The notes under the pieces: generated by a model
What the model was told of the DNA's origin: nothing
Databases searched by the model: none
Seen by the model: the letters and a program-made list of their open reading frames with translations, nothing else
From: an uncultured Bacilli bacterium
GTDB lineage: Bacteria > Bacillota_I > Bacilli_A > RF39 > UBA660
Assembly (NCBI GenBank): GCA_944363595.1
Contig: CALVUN010000010.1
Location: forward strand, 6,852-70,851
Direction: 5' to 3'
Length of the DNA stretch: 64,000 bases
Translations under genes and position numbers: made by a program
Part shown: positions 45,505-55,024 of the stretch, one piece after another
Layout: each line of letters begins with the position of its first letter
Position numbering within the stretch: position 1 is the first letter of the stretch

Positions 45505-46890
45505 ATGATACTTGATATAATTTTAGCACCCTTTTTAGCTGTATATAAAATGTTTCATAGCATATTTTCCTTTTTAAATCGTCCTATAAATAAAAAGCCA
45601 GAAAAAGAAAAAGAAGAAAAAACTTTCGATCCAAATAGCTTAACATCTTCTGATGCTGTTAAAAGTGAAAAAAAGAAAAGATATAAATATCGAGTACGTG
45701 ATGCCTTTGGTAAAGTAAGTGAAGGTACTTTTGATGGATATTCAAAAACAGAAGTTCATTCATTTCTTTTAAGTCAAAACTATGAAGTCATTTCAATTGA
45801 AGAAGACAAATTATCTACAAGTTTAGGACTAGTTCAACTAAGTCAAACAAAAAAAATGAATTATAAAGATTTAAACTTCTTTTTAACACAGTTATCTACT
45901 TACATAAAATCAGGTATTCCCCTTGTTGATTCATTAGCAATTCTTAGCCGACAAGTAAAAAAAAGAGGTCAAAAAGGATTATATCAACGCCTAGTTTTTG
46001 ATTTAAACTCAGGTTTAAGCTTTAGCGAAGCAATAAAAAGGCAAGGTACTGTCTTTCCTAATCTATTAATTAATATGTTAAAGACAGCTGAACTAACAGG
46101 AGATTTAACAGATACACTAGATGATATGGCTGATTATTATCGTACTGCCGATTTCAATCGTAAACAAATCATTAGTGCTCTAACATATCCAAGTGTTGTT
46201 TTTGTCTTTTCGGTTGCTGTTTTAACATTTATACTAGTATATGTTGTACCAAATTTTGTCGATATGTTCGGACAAATGGGAGCAGATTTACCATTTATAA
46301 CCGTTATTGTTATTAATTTAAGTAACTTTATTACTAACAACGTCATAACAATTGTTATCATAATTGCCGCAATTATTATCTTGTTAGTAACATTGTATAA
46401 AAACATCAGTTCTTTTCGTTATTTAATGCAATCATTTCTCATGCATATACCAGTTGTAAAAAATATAATAATATATAGTGAAGTTATAACGTTCACTAAA
46501 ACATTTGCATCATTAATTAACCATGACGTTTTCATAACAGATAGTATGGAAATATTAGGAAAAATAACTAATAATGAAGTATATAAACAACTAATTCGTA
46601 GTGCCGTTATTAACTTAAGTAATGGTGATGGAGTATCCAAGGCATTCAAAGGTCATTGGGCTTTTCCAGATACAGCTTACGAAATGCTACTAACAGGTGA
46701 GAAAACTGGCCGCCTAGGCACTATGATGACTAATGTTGCAACATATTACCAAGAAGAACAAAAAAACTTAGTAACGCAATTAAAAAGCTTAATTGAACCA
46801 GTTATGATTGTTTTTCTAGCCATAAGTGTTGGTATTATTTTACTTGCCGTAATTTACCCAATGTTTAGTATGTATAGTCAAATCGGATAG
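45505..46890 (+). CDS. type II secretion / type IV pilus platform protein (GspF/PilC/ComGB family)
   Basis: N-terminal cytoplasmic GspF domain (YKYRVRDAFGKVSEGTFDGYSKTEVHSFLLSQNYEVISI), three transmembrane helices and a second GspF repeat. Ribosome-binding site AGGAGG with ATG at 45505 (the ORF track extends upstream). Confidence 0.85.
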   Translation: MILDIILAPFLAVYKMFHSIFSFLNRPINKKPEKEKEEKTFDPNSLTSSDAVKSEKKKRYKYRVRDAFGKVSEGTFDGYSKTEVHSFLLSQNYEVISIEEDKLSTSLGLVQLSQTKKMNYKDLNFFLTQLSTYIKSGIPLVDSLAILSRQVKKRGQKGLYQRLVFDLNSGLSFSEAIKRQGTVFPNLLINMLKTAELTGDLTDTLDDMADYYRTADFNRKQIISALTYPSVVFVFSVAVLTFILVYVVPNFVDMFGQMGADLPFITVIVINLSNFITNNVITIVIIIAAIIILLVTLYKNISSFRYLMQSFLMHIPVVKNIIIYSEVITFTKTFASLINHDVFITDSMEILGKITNNEVYKQLIRSAVINLSNGDGVSKAFKGHWAFPDTAYEMLLTGEKTGRLGTMMTNVATYYQEEQKNLVTQLKSLIEPVMIVFLAISVGIILLAVIYPMFSMYSQIG

Positions 46891-46900
46891 GGGGATAACA

Positions 46901-47665
46901 ATGGAAACATATTATTTAATCTTTTTCTTTATATTAGGATCTGCTATGGGATCCTTCTATCATGTAGTAGCGACACGTTTATCCAATAATGAGTCACTAG
47001 TAAAACCAGGATCCCATTGCCACTATTGCAATCATAAATTAAAATGGTACGAACTAATACCATTATTATCGTACATAATTCAAGGTGGAAAATGTCGTAA
47101 ATGCAAAAAACATATACCATTAAGTTACTTCATTATCGAATTAATAACGGGTATCATCTTTGCTGTATGTTATCATGTTTTTGATTTCAGTGGGGAATTA
47201 TTAATTGCCTTAATTTATACATCAAGTATGATAATAATTATAATAAGTGATATTGAATACATGATAATTTTAGACGAAGTATTAATCTTTGCTTCTGTTG
47301 CTATAACCATAATATATATTTTTTTCTTTGGTATAAATACAACTTTTTCTCATTTATTAAACGCCATCGCGGCCTTTGGATTAATGTATTTAATTAAAAT
47401 AATTGGTGATTTCATGTTTCAAAAAGAATCTCTTGGTGGTGGTGACATAAAATTAATGTTTTTATCAGGACTTGTCATAGGTTTACCACTAAGTGTTTGT
47501 ACAATTTTTTTAGCAACATTTATTGCCTTTCCTATTGCCATATATATATTATTAAGTAAAAAAGATAATCTAATCCCATTTGGGCCATTTTTAAGTATGG
47601 CATCAGTAATAATATTAATTTCTAAAATAAATATTCAAGATGTACTAGACTTTTTAATAAAATAA
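46901..47665 (+). CDS. prepilin peptidase (A24 family, ComC/PilD)
   Basis: N-terminal Zn-binding CxxC...CxxC (CHYCNHKL...CRKCKKHI), transmembrane helices, and the GGGD catalytic-aspartate motif. Confidence 0.85.
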   Translation: METYYLIFFFILGSAMGSFYHVVATRLSNNESLVKPGSHCHYCNHKLKWYELIPLLSYIIQGGKCRKCKKHIPLSYFIIELITGIIFAVCYHVFDFSGELLIALIYTSSMIIIIISDIEYMIILDEVLIFASVAITIIYIFFFGINTTFSHLLNAIAAFGLMYLIKIIGDFMFQKESLGGGDIKLMFLSGLVIGLPLSVCTIFLATFIAFPIAIYILLSKKDNLIPFGPFLSMASVIILISKINIQDVLDFLIK

Positions 47666-47667
47666 TC

Positions 47668-47868
47668 TTAATGTTAAATTAAAAATATGGTAATATATTA
47701 CGTCAGATCTTGAAAGTAGGGGCTCTTCCCATGCCGAAATTAAATTATAGTTTGTTAACTACAACAATACTAGGAATGGTATAAATTAACTACCTTTAAT
47801 ATAATTAATACAATAAAATTATAAAAATTAAAGTTTAGTATAAAGCTAAGCTTTTTTTTTAGCTTTAT
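47668..47868 (+). repeat. copy B of the repeated micro-gene element
   Basis: TTAATG-17-TGgTAATAT promoter at 47668-47696, ribosome-binding site AGTAGGGG, ORF 47731-47784, conserved hairpin AGTTTAGtataaagCTAAGCT followed by T9 at 47832-47860. Aligns with copy A along most of its length. Confidence 0.6.
47731..47784 (+). CDS. micro-ORF B: MPKLNYSLLTTTILGMV
   Basis: Homologous to micro-ORF A, with the same ribosome-binding-site spacing and frame. Confidence 0.4.
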   Translation: MPKLNYSLLTTTILGMV

Positions 47869-47957
47869 TGTATTTATATAGATTTCCACATAATTATATG
47901 TATTATATAGTTGTATTTTTTATAAAACATAGTATAATGTTTATAGGAAGTGATATT

Positions 47958-48377
47958 ATGTTTTATACATGGTTAATAATAATTCTTATTTTAAGTATTA
48001 TTGAAATAAGTACCACTAATCTTGTATGTATATGGTTTGTTTTAAGTGGATTATTATCTCTTGGAGTATCATTTCTTACAGATAATGTTTTTCTACAATT
48101 TTTTATATTTGTATTTTTTGGTATTATTTTTATGTTACTAACTAAGCCATTACTAAAAAAAATAAAAAATAAAGAAAGCACTAAAACTAATTTTGATCGT
48201 ATAATAGGTATGAAAGGTTTAGTTAAAGAAACTATACCTAAAGATGGCTTTGGAGTAGTGAAAGTTGATGGAAAATTATGGACTTCATATGCAAATGAAA
48301 AAATTGAAGAAGGAACCTATGTTAAAATATTAAAAATCAACAGTGTTAAACTAGAAGTTGAGAAATGGAAGGAGTAA
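47958..48377 (+). CDS. NfeD-family membrane protein (YqeZ-like, short form)
   Basis: Two or three transmembrane helices plus a C-terminal OB-fold (GMKGLVKETIPKDGFGVVKVDGKLWTSY). Directly upstream of a flotillin gene. Ribosome-binding site GGAAGTGA. Confidence 0.7.
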   Translation: MFYTWLIIILILSIIEISTTNLVCIWFVLSGLLSLGVSFLTDNVFLQFFIFVFFGIIFMLLTKPLLKKIKNKESTKTNFDRIIGMKGLVKETIPKDGFGVVKVDGKLWTSYANEKIEEGTYVKILKINSVKLEVEKWKE

Positions 48378-48381
48378 TAAT

Positions 48382-49278
48382 ATGGATGTATTATTAGTAA
48401 TCTTAATTTTAGTCGTGGCATTTATCGTATTGAGTATCAAAATAGTACCACAGGCCAAAGGATATGTAATTGAAAGAATAGGCTCATACTATAAAACTTG
48501 GAATAATGGGCTACATTTTATGATACCATTTATTGATCGCATATCAAATAAAGTGTCATTGAAAGAAATCGTTAAAGATTTTGCCCCTCAACCCGTAATT
48601 ACTAAAGATAATGTAACTATGCAAATAGATACTGTTGTATACTTTCAAATTACTGATCCAAAACTTTATACATATGGTGTTGATCAACCAATAAACGCCA
48701 TTGAAAATTTAACTGCTACAACTTTAAGAAACATAATTGGCGAATTAGAATTAGATCAAACCCTAACATCAAGAGACATCATAAATAGTAAAATGCGTTC
48801 TATTCTTGATGAAGCAACAGACCCATGGGGCATCAAAGTCAATCGTGTCGAAGTAAAAAATATTATTCCACCTCGCGATATTCAAGATGCAATGGAAAAA
48901 CAAATGCGAGCAGAACGTGAACGCCGTGAGAAAATTCTTCAGGCAGAAGGTGAAAAAAAATCTAGCATCTTAATCGCCGAAGGAGAAAAAGAAAGTGCTA
49001 TTTTACGCGCAGAAGCTAAGAAAGAAGCCCAAATTAAAGTCGCTGAAGGTGAGGCTGAAGCTATGTTAAAATTAAAACAAGCTGAAGCTGATGGTATTAG
49101 ATTATTAAAAGATGCTCAAGCTGATACCAGTGTCTTAACCTTAAAAAGTTATGAAACCCTAGCTAAAGTTGCGGATGGTCAATCAACAAAAATAATTATA
49201 CCATCAGAATTACAAAATGTAGCAAATATAGCAACCGTTATCAGTGAAATGCTCAAGAACGATAAAAAGCAAAAATAA
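48382..49278 (+). CDS. floA: SPFH/band-7 flotillin-like protein (FloA/YqfA-like)
   Basis: N-terminal transmembrane segment, SPFH domain, and Ala/Glu-rich coiled-coil repeats (AEGEKESAILRAEAKKEAQIKVAEGEAEA). Confidence 0.8.
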   Translation: MDVLLVILILVVAFIVLSIKIVPQAKGYVIERIGSYYKTWNNGLHFMIPFIDRISNKVSLKEIVKDFAPQPVITKDNVTMQIDTVVYFQITDPKLYTYGVDQPINAIENLTATTLRNIIGELELDQTLTSRDIINSKMRSILDEATDPWGIKVNRVEVKNIIPPRDIQDAMEKQMRAERERREKILQAEGEKKSSILIAEGEKESAILRAEAKKEAQIKVAEGEAEAMLKLKQAEADGIRLLKDAQADTSVLTLKSYETLAKVADGQSTKIIIPSELQNVANIATVISEMLKNDKKQK

Positions 49279-49387
49279 CTATTTAAACATTGACATATGT
49301 TGTCACAAAAAAGTGTATAATTGTAATATAAATTACTTACAATTAGCATTTTTTTTGTTATAATGTTATAAGGAAGAGGTGACTAAT

Positions 49388-50482
49388 ATGCGTGTTATTG
49401 TAAGTGCTGGTGGCACCGGTGGACACATATATCCCGCATTAGCTATAATAAATAAAATAAAAAAAGAAGAGCCAAATAGTGAAATATTATATATAGGAAC
49501 TCATAATCGTATGGAAAAAGATTTAATTCCAAGTTATGGTATCAAATATGAACCCATCGTCATCACAGGTTTTAAAAGAAAACTAACACTTGAAAACTTT
49601 ACTACTATTAAAAATTTCTTAAAAGCAAGAAAACATTGTAAAGAAATTATCAGTAAATTCAATCCTGATGTTGTTATAGGTTGTGGTGGCTACGTAACAG
49701 GCCCTGTTATTTGGGCTGCCAAAAAACTAGGAAAAAAGACTTTTATTCATGAACAAAATTCTGTCGTTGGCTTATCTAATCGTTATCTAACAAGATATGC
49801 TGATCGTATTGGTGTATCTTTTGAAAGTACTTTAAGTGAGTTTCCAAGCGACAAAGTAAGTCTAACTGGGAACCCATGTAGTGAAAGAGCTTTATCCGTC
49901 AAAAAAGCTAAAAAAGAAGATTATGGATTAAGTCAAGAAAAACAATTAGTCTTAATTGTTATGGGATCATTAGGAAGTAGAACTGTCAACGAAAAAATAA
50001 CAACATACTTAGAAAGTTTTCGCTCCAAAAATTATGAAGTAGCTTTCATTACTGGGGAAACATACTATGAAAAAGTAAAAAAATTACGTATTCCAAACAA
50101 TGTAAAAATAATCCCTTTTGTTAAAGAGTTACCATCATTGATGAAATGTAGTGATTTAATAATCTCACGTGCAGGAGCATCAACCATAAGTGAAATAACA
50201 GTTCTAGGTATACCGACAATTTTCATACCAAGTCCATATGTAACTAATAATCATCAATATAAAAATGCCAAAGACTTAGTTGATAAAAAAGCAGCTTTCT
50301 TAATTGAAGAAGAAAAATTAACTAAAGATACTCTTATCAATACCATTGATAAGATCCTAAATAACAAAAAATTATATGATGAGACTAAAAAAAATCTAAT
50401 CCCATTAGGAATTAAAGATAGCAGTAGTCGTATTTATGAAATATTAAAGGAAATGATTCTTGATGATAAAAAATTTTTTTAA
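49388..50482 (+). CDS. murG: UDP-N-acetylglucosamine--N-acetylmuramyl-(pentapeptide) pyrophosphoryl-undecaprenol N-acetylglucosamine transferase
   Basis: Begins MRVIVSAGGTGGHIYPALAI. Start placed at the ATG after an AGGAAGAGGTGA ribosome-binding site. Confidence 0.9.
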   Translation: MRVIVSAGGTGGHIYPALAIINKIKKEEPNSEILYIGTHNRMEKDLIPSYGIKYEPIVITGFKRKLTLENFTTIKNFLKARKHCKEIISKFNPDVVIGCGGYVTGPVIWAAKKLGKKTFIHEQNSVVGLSNRYLTRYADRIGVSFESTLSEFPSDKVSLTGNPCSERALSVKKAKKEDYGLSQEKQLVLIVMGSLGSRTVNEKITTYLESFRSKNYEVAFITGETYYEKVKKLRIPNNVKIIPFVKELPSLMKCSDLIISRAGASTISEITVLGIPTIFIPSPYVTNNHQYKNAKDLVDKKAAFLIEEEKLTKDTLINTIDKILNNKKLYDETKKNLIPLGIKDSSSRIYEILKEMILDDKKFF

Positions 50483-51353
50483 AGAAAACGATATTAAATA
50501 CCAAGAGGATGTATCACTAAAAAAGTATAATACCTATCGTATTGATATAAAAGCTAAATATATTGTTTTCCCTCAAAATAAAGATCAATTATTAAAAATA
50601 TTAAAACATTTAAAACAAAATAAAATAAAATACTTAGTCCTTGGTAATGGCTCTAATATCATATTAACAATGGATTATTATGATGGTGTTATCATAAAAT
50701 TAGATAATCTAAACAATATAAATATTCAAGGTCAAGAAATAGAAGTAGAAGCAGGTTGTTTTCTTCCTCAATTAGCAAAACAAATTTCAGACTATAACTT
50801 AAGCGGCTTAGAATTTGCTAGTGGTATTCCAGGCCAAATAGGAGCTTCTATTGCTATGAACGCAGGTGCATATAATAAAGATATGGCAAGTATTGTCACT
50901 AGTGTAACTGTTATTAATCCTCATTTACAAGAGCAAACATTTTTTCCTAAAGATTTAAAATTCAAATATCGTTCATCATTTCTAAAAGAAAATGAAGATT
51001 ATATTGTTATTAAAGCAACATTAAAATTAGAAAAAGGTAATAAAGAAGAAATTATAAGTCTTATGCAAGATCGCCAAAAAAGAAGACTAGCTTCTCAACC
51101 ATTAGAATATCCTAATTCAGGTAGTGTTTTCCGTAATCCCCCAGATAATTATGCAGGCTTTTTAATTGAAAATTGCCATCTAAAAAATTATCATATTAAC
51201 GACGCATACATATCAGATAAACATGCAAATTTTATTATTAATAAAGGAAAAGCTACAGGTAAAGATATTGTCAATTTAATTACATATATCCAAAAAAAAG
51301 TAAAAGAAAAATATAATATTGAATTAATTTTAGAACAAAAAATAATAAAATAG
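50463..51353 (+). CDS. murB: UDP-N-acetylenolpyruvoylglucosamine reductase
   Basis: FAD-binding N-terminus (LGNGSNIIL), the GASIAMNAGAY motif, and a C-terminal SGSVFRNP motif. Confidence 0.9.
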   Translation: MIKNFFKENDIKYQEDVSLKKYNTYRIDIKAKYIVFPQNKDQLLKILKHLKQNKIKYLVLGNGSNIILTMDYYDGVIIKLDNLNNINIQGQEIEVEAGCFLPQLAKQISDYNLSGLEFASGIPGQIGASIAMNAGAYNKDMASIVTSVTVINPHLQEQTFFPKDLKFKYRSSFLKENEDYIVIKATLKLEKGNKEEIISLMQDRQKRRLASQPLEYPNSGSVFRNPPDNYAGFLIENCHLKNYHINDAYISDKHANFIINKGKATGKDIVNLITYIQKKVKEKYNIELILEQKIIK

Positions 51354-51364
51354 GGTGAATAAGT

Positions 51365-52198
51365 ATGGGTCAAAAAACAATAAAAGTTAAAGTAAAAAAG
51401 AAAAAATTAAAAGTAAAACGTATTATACTATGTTTATTAGTTATTGTTTTTCTGTGCCTTTCTGTCAACTATTTAATAAAAATGCCCATTAAAAACATCT
51501 ATATTTTAAACAATAACATTTTAAAAGATCAAGAAATAATAAATAACGCAAAAATCCAAAACTACCCATCTTTCATTCTAACATCATCTAAAGCAATGAA
51601 AGAAAATATTTTAAAAAATCCTTACATAAAAAACGTAACTATTGAAAAAAAATTATGGGGAAAAGTATATATCACAGTTGAAGAAAATCGCCCATTATGT
51701 GTTACTGAAGATACAAATGAACTTGTTTTATCGAATGGTATTATGGTAAGTAATGATCGCTTTTTAAGAGACCTACCAGTATTAATTAATGATATAAGTA
51801 GTATTAAAGAAAGCTTTGCTAAAGGTTTTAGTAAAGTAGATAATGATACCTTATCAAAGATATCTCAAATTGAGTATAGTCCTGTTGCGGTAGATCAAGA
51901 ACGTTTTCTTTTATACATGAATGATGGAAATTTAGTATATATTACTCTCACTAAAATTGAAAAATTAAATAAATATACCAGCATATATCAAGAAATGGAA
52001 GGTAAGAAAGGCATCATTTATTTAGATTCTGGTGATTATATTGAAGTAAAAGAAGATCCAAGTAAAACAAATAGTCAAGACGAAAATAATGCAGATAAAG
52101 ACGATTCAAATAACCAAAATGAAAATACAAATGATCAAGAACCAAATACCAATAACAGTGATGAAAATCAAGATAATATCATAGAAGATCAAGAATAG
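51365..52198 (+). CDS. ftsQ: cell division protein DivIB/FtsQ
   Basis: N-terminal Lys-rich segment plus transmembrane helix, POTRA domain, and an acidic Asn/Asp/Gln-rich C-terminal tail. Confidence 0.75.
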   Translation: MGQKTIKVKVKKKKLKVKRIILCLLVIVFLCLSVNYLIKMPIKNIYILNNNILKDQEIINNAKIQNYPSFILTSSKAMKENILKNPYIKNVTIEKKLWGKVYITVEENRPLCVTEDTNELVLSNGIMVSNDRFLRDLPVLINDISSIKESFAKGFSKVDNDTLSKISQIEYSPVAVDQERFLLYMNDGNLVYITLTKIEKLNKYTSIYQEMEGKKGIIYLDSGDYIEVKEDPSKTNSQDENNADKDDSNNQNENTNDQEPNTNNSDENQDNIIEDQE

Positions 52199-52209
52199 AA
52201 GGTGAAAAA

Positions 52210-53733
52210 ATGAGAACAAAGAAAGTAGCATTAAATACAATATGTGACATTGTACCATATATTTTAATTGGAATTGTTGGTATAATTAAAGTAAATATTT
52301 TAATAAAGTATATAGGTGACGTAGGAAACGGTTATTATCAAGTTATAAATCAAATAATAGCTTATGTATTTTTAGCCCAAGCAGGCTTTGGAGATGCAGT
52401 TATATATAAATTGTACAAGCCATTTGTTGATAAAAATAAAGATGATATTAACGCTATATATTCGGGTGCAAGAAAAATCTTTCGTATCATTGGCTTTATC
52501 ATTTTAGGCATCATTTTCCTTGTATCATTAGGATTATACCTCTTTTATGGTTTTGAAGATGGTTATCGCAATAGTGCATTATTCTGTTTTATTGTAATTT
52601 CAACATCATACCTAATTGCATATTTTGGTAAAAATCAAACATATATGGCAGTTTTAAGCGCTGCTCAAGAAAAATATGTTTATTCTCTAATTTCAAATAC
52701 CATGAAATTAATTTGTGATATTCTAACAATTGTTGTTGTTATAAAATTCCAAAATCTTGAATCAATTGCTATTCTTATCGCAATCATTAAAATAATTGAA
52801 GAAATTGTCATGCGAATTGTTGTTGGTCACAAATACAAATGGTTAAAAGAAATAGAAAGAAAAGATACATCTATGGTAAAAATGACCAAAGATTTAGTTT
52901 GGGTACAAGTCGGTTATTTAGTTTTAAATAATGTTGATTCATTATTATTAGTAACATTTATAGGACCGGCCATGGTAAGTATCTATACATCGTATAATTT
53001 TATAATAAGATATCTAACAGAAGTATCTTCTCGAGTCGAAATGGGTGCAGTGTACTCTTTTGGTAACGTTTTTGCCAAAAAAGAAAAAGAAAAAAAAGTA
53101 TATTCTTTATTTAAAGAATTTATGATGCTATTTGCTATTTTAGGCTTTAGTATGTCGCTAACATTCCTCCTTGGGATAAGAAGCTTTGTAACAGTATGGA
53201 TTGGCAAAGAAAACTATATTTTAGGTTATTTAACAGTTGTTTTCTTTACTCTAGCAGTCTTTCTAAATATCATATATTATCCACTATTAGCACTAATAAA
53301 TGCCAATGGTCTATTTAAAGATAATAAAAGACACATATTTATTTGTGCTGCTACAAACCTAGTATTATCATTAATATTAATTAATTTCTTTGGTATCAAT
53401 GGTATTCTTTTTGCCACAGCTTTATCATTTTTAATAAATGTTTTTCTAAAAACCAAATTAATATCTAAAAAAATATTAAAAAGCATACCACATTCAGAGT
53501 TAATCAAAAAATATAGTATAATGATAATAATATTTATTTTATGTTGTATTGTATTATATAAACCAGAAAGTATTATTTTAAATATGACAACGTCATTCCC
53601 ATTGTGTATTTTAACCATTGTTGCTATCTTTGTTTTCTTAAGTATGATCATTGTGGGAACGCTATATTTATTAAATAAAGACACAAGAAATTTAGTAAGT
53701 AGAATAATAAAATTAATAAAAAGAAAATTCTAA
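52210..53733 (+). CDS. MOP-superfamily oligosaccharide flippase (Wzx/SpoVB/MurJ-like)
   Basis: 507 aa with about 14 transmembrane helices in a polysaccharide_biosynthesis-type topology. Sits in a dcw cluster where ftsA/ftsZ would be expected. Confidence 0.65.
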   Translation: MRTKKVALNTICDIVPYILIGIVGIIKVNILIKYIGDVGNGYYQVINQIIAYVFLAQAGFGDAVIYKLYKPFVDKNKDDINAIYSGARKIFRIIGFIILGIIFLVSLGLYLFYGFEDGYRNSALFCFIVISTSYLIAYFGKNQTYMAVLSAAQEKYVYSLISNTMKLICDILTIVVVIKFQNLESIAILIAIIKIIEEIVMRIVVGHKYKWLKEIERKDTSMVKMTKDLVWVQVGYLVLNNVDSLLLVTFIGPAMVSIYTSYNFIIRYLTEVSSRVEMGAVYSFGNVFAKKEKEKKVYSLFKEFMMLFAILGFSMSLTFLLGIRSFVTVWIGKENYILGYLTVVFFTLAVFLNIIYYPLLALINANGLFKDNKRHIFICAATNLVLSLILINFFGINGILFATALSFLINVFLKTKLISKKILKSIPHSELIKKYSIMIIIFILCCIVLYKPESIILNMTTSFPLCILTIVAIFVFLSMIIVGTLYLLNKDTRNLVSRIIKLIKRKF

Positions 53734-53798
53734 TACAGTAAATATAAAAAAATGATAATTAAGATTAAAAGAAAATAAAAAAGAATTATAATTATCTA

Positions 53799-53888
53799 TG
53801 CCAAAATTAAATTATAATATGTTAACAATAATAATATTAAGTAATATAAAACTAAATAGTACCTTTAATATTTACCTTAGATTTTAAA
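53799..53888 (+). pseudogene. copy C (decayed) of the micro-gene element; ORF MPKLNYNMLTIIILSNIKLNSTFNIYLRF lacks a ribosome-binding site and terminator hairpin
   Basis: ATGCCAAAATTAAATTATAATATGTTAAC... is homologous to copy B (ATGCCGAAATTAAATTATAGTTTGTTAAC...). The downstream ...TACCTTTAATAT block is retained. No SD sequence and no conserved hairpin. Confidence 0.4.
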
Positions 53889-54029
53889 ATATTATAATTA
53901 TTTAACAATATATATTTTGTTATATTATAGTCTTTTTAACAAATATCATGTAAAGTACACAAAAATAATTGTAATTTATTTAAAACTATGGTAAAATGAT
54001 ATCAGAGTAAAAAGAATAGGAGAGATATT

Positions 54030-54431
54030 ATGGCCTTAAATAAATTAAAAAAGATGATCATCGAAGATGAAGAAACAACTGGAGAAGATGAATATTATGA
54101 TGCCAAAGATGCAAATTCTTCTAATAATAAGGGAGGTAAGATGATACTTTTAGAACCACGTGCATATTCTGAAAGTCAGCAAATTGCCGATCACTTAAAA
54201 AAGAGAAATACAGTCGTTGTTAACATGAAAAGAGTAACGCCAGACCAAGCTAAGCGTATTGTTGATTTTTTAAGTGGTACTGTTTATGCTATTGGTGGGG
54301 ATTTACAAAAAATAGGTATGGGAATTTTCTTATGCACTCCTAAAAACGTTAACGTTGAAGGAAGTATCTCGGAAGATGATGACAAAGCAAAGAAAAGTAA
54401 AGATGATATTGACCCAGATTGGAAATTTTAA
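54030..54431 (+). CDS. sepF: cell division protein SepF
   Basis: [32 protein letters not shown]...[10 protein letters not shown] (YlmF family). Confidence 0.85.
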   Translation: MALNKLKKMIIEDEETTGEDEYYDAKDANSSNNKGGKMILLEPRAYSESQQIADHLKKRNTVVVNMKRVTPDQAKRIVDFLSGTVYAIGGDLQKIGMGIFLCTPKNVNVEGSISEDDDKAKKSKDDIDPDWKF

Positions 54432-54445
54432 TGAGGTGAGGCTTT

Positions 54446-54874
54446 ATGAAAAGGTTTAACGTAGTTTCTAATGGCTATGACATCAATGAAGTAAATCGTT
54501 TTATTGATGTTGTCATAAATAGGCTTGATAAGTTAAACAAAGAAAATGAGCATTACATCAAAGAAATCGCAGATTTAAAAGAAAAACTAGAAGAAAACAA
54601 AAGAGTTGACGAAAAATTAAGCCAGGCAATTATTGCTGCACAAGAAACATCAGATCGTATGAAACAATTAGCTAAAGAAGAAGCAACATTAATCATTAAT
54701 GATGCCAAGAGGAATGCCAATGCCATTGTACATGAAGCACTAGTTGAAGCTAGTAAAACCGAAAATGAAGCCAATTTATTAAGAAAAAATATTACAGTAT
54801 ATAAAAATCGTGTTAAAAACATATTAAAATCTCAACTAGAAATAGCTGAAGATTTAGATAAATTAGAACTATAA
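54446..54874 (+). CDS. divIVA: DivIVA-domain cell division protein
   Basis: FNVVSNGYDINEVNRFIDVV (DivIVA N-terminal motif) followed by a coiled coil. Conserved sepF...divIVA-ileS neighbourhood. Confidence 0.8.
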   Translation: MKRFNVVSNGYDINEVNRFIDVVINRLDKLNKENEHYIKEIADLKEKLEENKRVDEKLSQAIIAAQETSDRMKQLAKEEATLIINDAKRNANAIVHEALVEASKTENEANLLRKNITVYKNRVKNILKSQLEIAEDLDKLEL

Positions 54875-54888
54875 AAGCATTCTTAGAC

Positions 54889-54918
54889 AAGTTTAAAAAA
54901 ACTTGTTTTTATCTTGTA
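54889..54918 (+). terminator. rho-independent terminator after divIVA
   Basis: Hairpin ACAAGTTTaaaaaaACTTGT followed by TTTTAT. A second hairpin TTGCAAATT-N11-AATTTGCAA followed by T5 lies at 54935-54968. Confidence 0.55.
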
Positions 54919-55024
54919 TTATAAGGGCTTGTAGCAAATTGAAAATTCAAAATTTGCAATTTTTCTCATAATTTGGTAAAATAACTATCGTGCACCAAAA
55001 AAATACAAGAAGGAGAGAAGTTTT

